A stretch of DNA of 63,371 nt, filler included, from Ministeria vibrans ATCC 50519 (taxonomy: Eukaryota > Protista > Filasterea), in the NCBI GenBank assembly GCA_943704425.1. It is 7 parts of 7 records of this genome, joined end to end, with 100 filler letters (N's around TTAATTAATTAA, not from the genome) between each part and the next. Parts side by side here need not be neighbours in the genome. Positions count along the whole stretch, not along the records: positions 55,656 to 63,371 come from CALSCP010002059.1; 6 more parts are not named here. One strand, 5' to 3'. Positions 60,808-63,371 of this stretch are shown here, piece by piece (the stretch's first letter is position 1; every line of letters starts with the position of its first letter). Below the pieces are notes generated by a model. The model had not been told where the DNA came from. It saw only the letters and a list, made by a program, of their open reading frames with translations, and did no database searches. The translations under genes and the position numbers were made by a program.

Positions 60808-62044
60808 TAATGACTTCATATTCTTCTTCACTCCATTTTCAGTGCTGACATATAATTATGTTTCGCGAAAAATCGACATCGATGCATTCGACAAAGATTG
60901 AGCCGTTCCCGCCAGACAGATCACAGATGCAAGTCATCAGTTCTCGGTAATAACCCCCAACAAAGGGCTTTCTGCCGCAAATTGGTCGTGTCGTGGTGTT
61001 AAAATCAAACCGCAAGGAAACTGCAAGTAGTGACACCAGACAGAGGAGCCAAATACGCCCCGCCATGTACGGAATCGTTGGGCAGTAGGTAAATACGTTG
61101 ATTGGCCGGGCGGCGGAGGTCAAAAAAGGCCTCTGTCATGAGTGTGAGGTGCGCAAAAAAAATGAAGAACAAGAGCAAGAGGAAGTGTACGATGACTACG
61201 ATCAAGTCATCACGCAAAGACACAGCCAGACCGCCCAAAGATCAAAGAAAAGACCAAAAATGGACGAATCCATCCACATGAGTAATGACTGATGAGTGAT
61301 GAGTCACTCATTTGAGTCATTTCTCTATTTCGACCCCTAAAACTAACGGTACGCGATTTTTTGGGCACATCATACTTAGCCGAGAATTGTGCATTGTCTC
61401 ATTTTTTTTTTCTTTTTCCACATTTTCAGGTCCCAACAAAAGAGACTATTCCAAACTAAAACGGTATGCACCCGCCCGGTAGTGTCTAGTTTATCATTAC
61501 GTCTCGCTACGGGTGTAAATTAATAGTACTACAAAAGGACATTAGAGAGGTTATTGCGAGGATTGAAACGATTTAAATTCCGTGACCAAAAAAAAAAGGG
61601 CTGTTTGAATTCCCGGGGGGTCTTCATCACGATTTTCACAAAGATACATGATAATAATAGAATACTTGGTCTGACTACTACAGTCGCGGGCTGGCGGAGA
61701 GTGCCTTTTTTTGTGAACACGCATTTGTCGCTCAAATCTCGTTTATTGCACGAACGTCGCGTATCTTCCTCAAGCTCGCGTCTTCTTCGTCTCTTCGTCT
61801 TTTAAAGTATATAATCGCAAATGCAAACATGGGTTAGCAATACTTATACTTGAGCTTGGGGCTTTTTGGCCTTTTGCGTGGAGATGTAGAGAAGATGTAG
61901 ATTTCCTGTAGATGTCTCTTCCTTCAAATTACCTTCCATGCACATGGTCGACGAATTACCCATGCATGCATGGAGTTTCTCATGAGTTTTAATGTACTCA
62001 CACGCCCGAATGCTATTATATGTAGTCAACAATCCGTCGTGCAA

Positions 62045-63170
62045 ATGAATTCGTTTGCGTTTTGGCTGCTTTGCATCTGTTTGTCAACCGCAACATCGAC
62101 ATTCTCGAAAGACATCCTGAACCAGCGACCATTTGGTCTTGGAAATAACGAGCCAGCGATGAAACGGCAGGCGCGAGGTGCCCCAAACTGCGGAGCCGGC
62201 TACTACCGTTACACGACCTCAGTTTGTCAAGAGTGCAAGTACGAAACAAGAAAAATTGTGTGTGTGTCAGTGTGTGTGTGTGTATGTGTGCTTATATCCC
62301 AGGAATATAATAATAATAATTATTATTAATAATAATTAATAATAATAAAATAATAACAATAATTATATTATTATTATTATTAGTAGTATTATTATTATTA
62401 ATATTATTGTTATATTTATTATTAATTATTTTTCAATCTTAAAAAATTCTTCTCAAATCACCCCCAGCTCATGCAATTGTGGTTGGGTTAACTGGATTTG
62501 GTGCTCGGGTAACTGCGACGAGTGTGGTTGCAACCACTAGTAAGTTTTTAAAAACATAATGAACATATTTTTGCGCACTGGGTTTCGGTTCGAGGGTTTT
62601 CGTGGAGTTTTCACCTCGTTTTGACTTCGTTTTGACTTTGTAGCCTTAGGTGTGCCAGCTGCACCCCCGGTCGCTACTCAACATCCACAAACTCTGAAAG
62701 TTGTTCTAACTGTCCCGCTGGACGATACCAAAGCGCATTCAGCGCAAAATCCTGGTTCCATTTCTATCTTATTACCCCAAGGTTGACGTTTCTCATTCTC
62801 TTCGAACTATCTCTTATGTAGCTCCCTATTATGCCCCGTCGGAAAATATTCGCCTTCTGGTTCTTCCTCATGTTCCAATTGTGACTTGGGCACCTACTCT
62901 GCAGCGTCAGGTGCTGGTAGTTGTACAATGTGCGCCTCTGGTCGATACGCTTCGAAAACCACTGCCAGCAGTTGTATCGGATGTTCTCCTGGTAGCTACT
63001 CAGCAAGTTTCGGCGCCAGCATGTGCAGCACTTGTCCCGAGGGTCGCTTTTCAATATCACAAGGAGCATCAGCATGCGACAACTGTTCTCCAGGACGATA
63101 TCGGCATAGAACAAGTGTACAAACCTCAAATGCCGATTGTCCCTACGTCTGTCCAAGCGGTCGCTTTTCG
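62045..63170 (+). CDS. Secreted cysteine-rich protein with CxxCxxGxY (Ephrin_rec_like/GCC2-GCC3-type) repeats; 3'-partial
   Basis: Signal peptide 'MNSFAFWLLCICLSTATS'; exons 'CASCTPGRYSTS..CSNCPAGRYQS' and 'CPVGKYS..CSNCDLGTYS..CTMCASGRY..'. Confidence 0.75.
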
Positions 63171-63177
63171 GTACGTA

Positions 63178-63371
<194 letters not shown>

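Overview
Intron-rich, gene-dense nuclear DNA from a unicellular eukaryote (short GT-AG introns, GA/AAT microsatellites, TTAGGG-type repeats). It is not one continuous locus. From 26215 onward the window is a concatenation of contigs joined by six artificial 100-nt linkers (N44-TTAATTAATTAA-N44), so gene neighbourhoods across them mean nothing. The first 26 kb carry a TPR protein, Sec15/EXOC6, a 54-aa membrane micro-ORF, a bacterial-type CoA-disulfide reductase-rhodanese with 9 introns, a Spo11-2-like gene, a NUDIX hydrolase, HAS1/DDX18, SmE, a CDK20 gene split around other genes (probably a mis-join at a GA repeat), a MaoC dehydratase, orphan TBCK 3' exons and ARHGAP39. They also carry a hidden selenoprotein (AhpC-TSA_2/SelU-like, in-frame UGA in a UxxC motif, candidate SECIS). 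Later contigs hold ACBD5, an EGF-repeat receptor, CPT2, glutathione synthetase, a coactosin-like protein, PDIA6 and a Lys-poor adhesin built from bacterial-pilin-like repeats. The standout is a secreted protein of more than 4,000 aa built from at least 5 copies of one module: three short-chain-collagen/type-IV-NC1-like domains plus a cadherin-like domain split by an inserted ~170-aa domain. It has no collagen helix. The last contig looks subtelomeric: CCCTAA tracts, a 3xHhH-EEP nuclease and a MITE. All calls come from reading motifs by eye; no searches were run.
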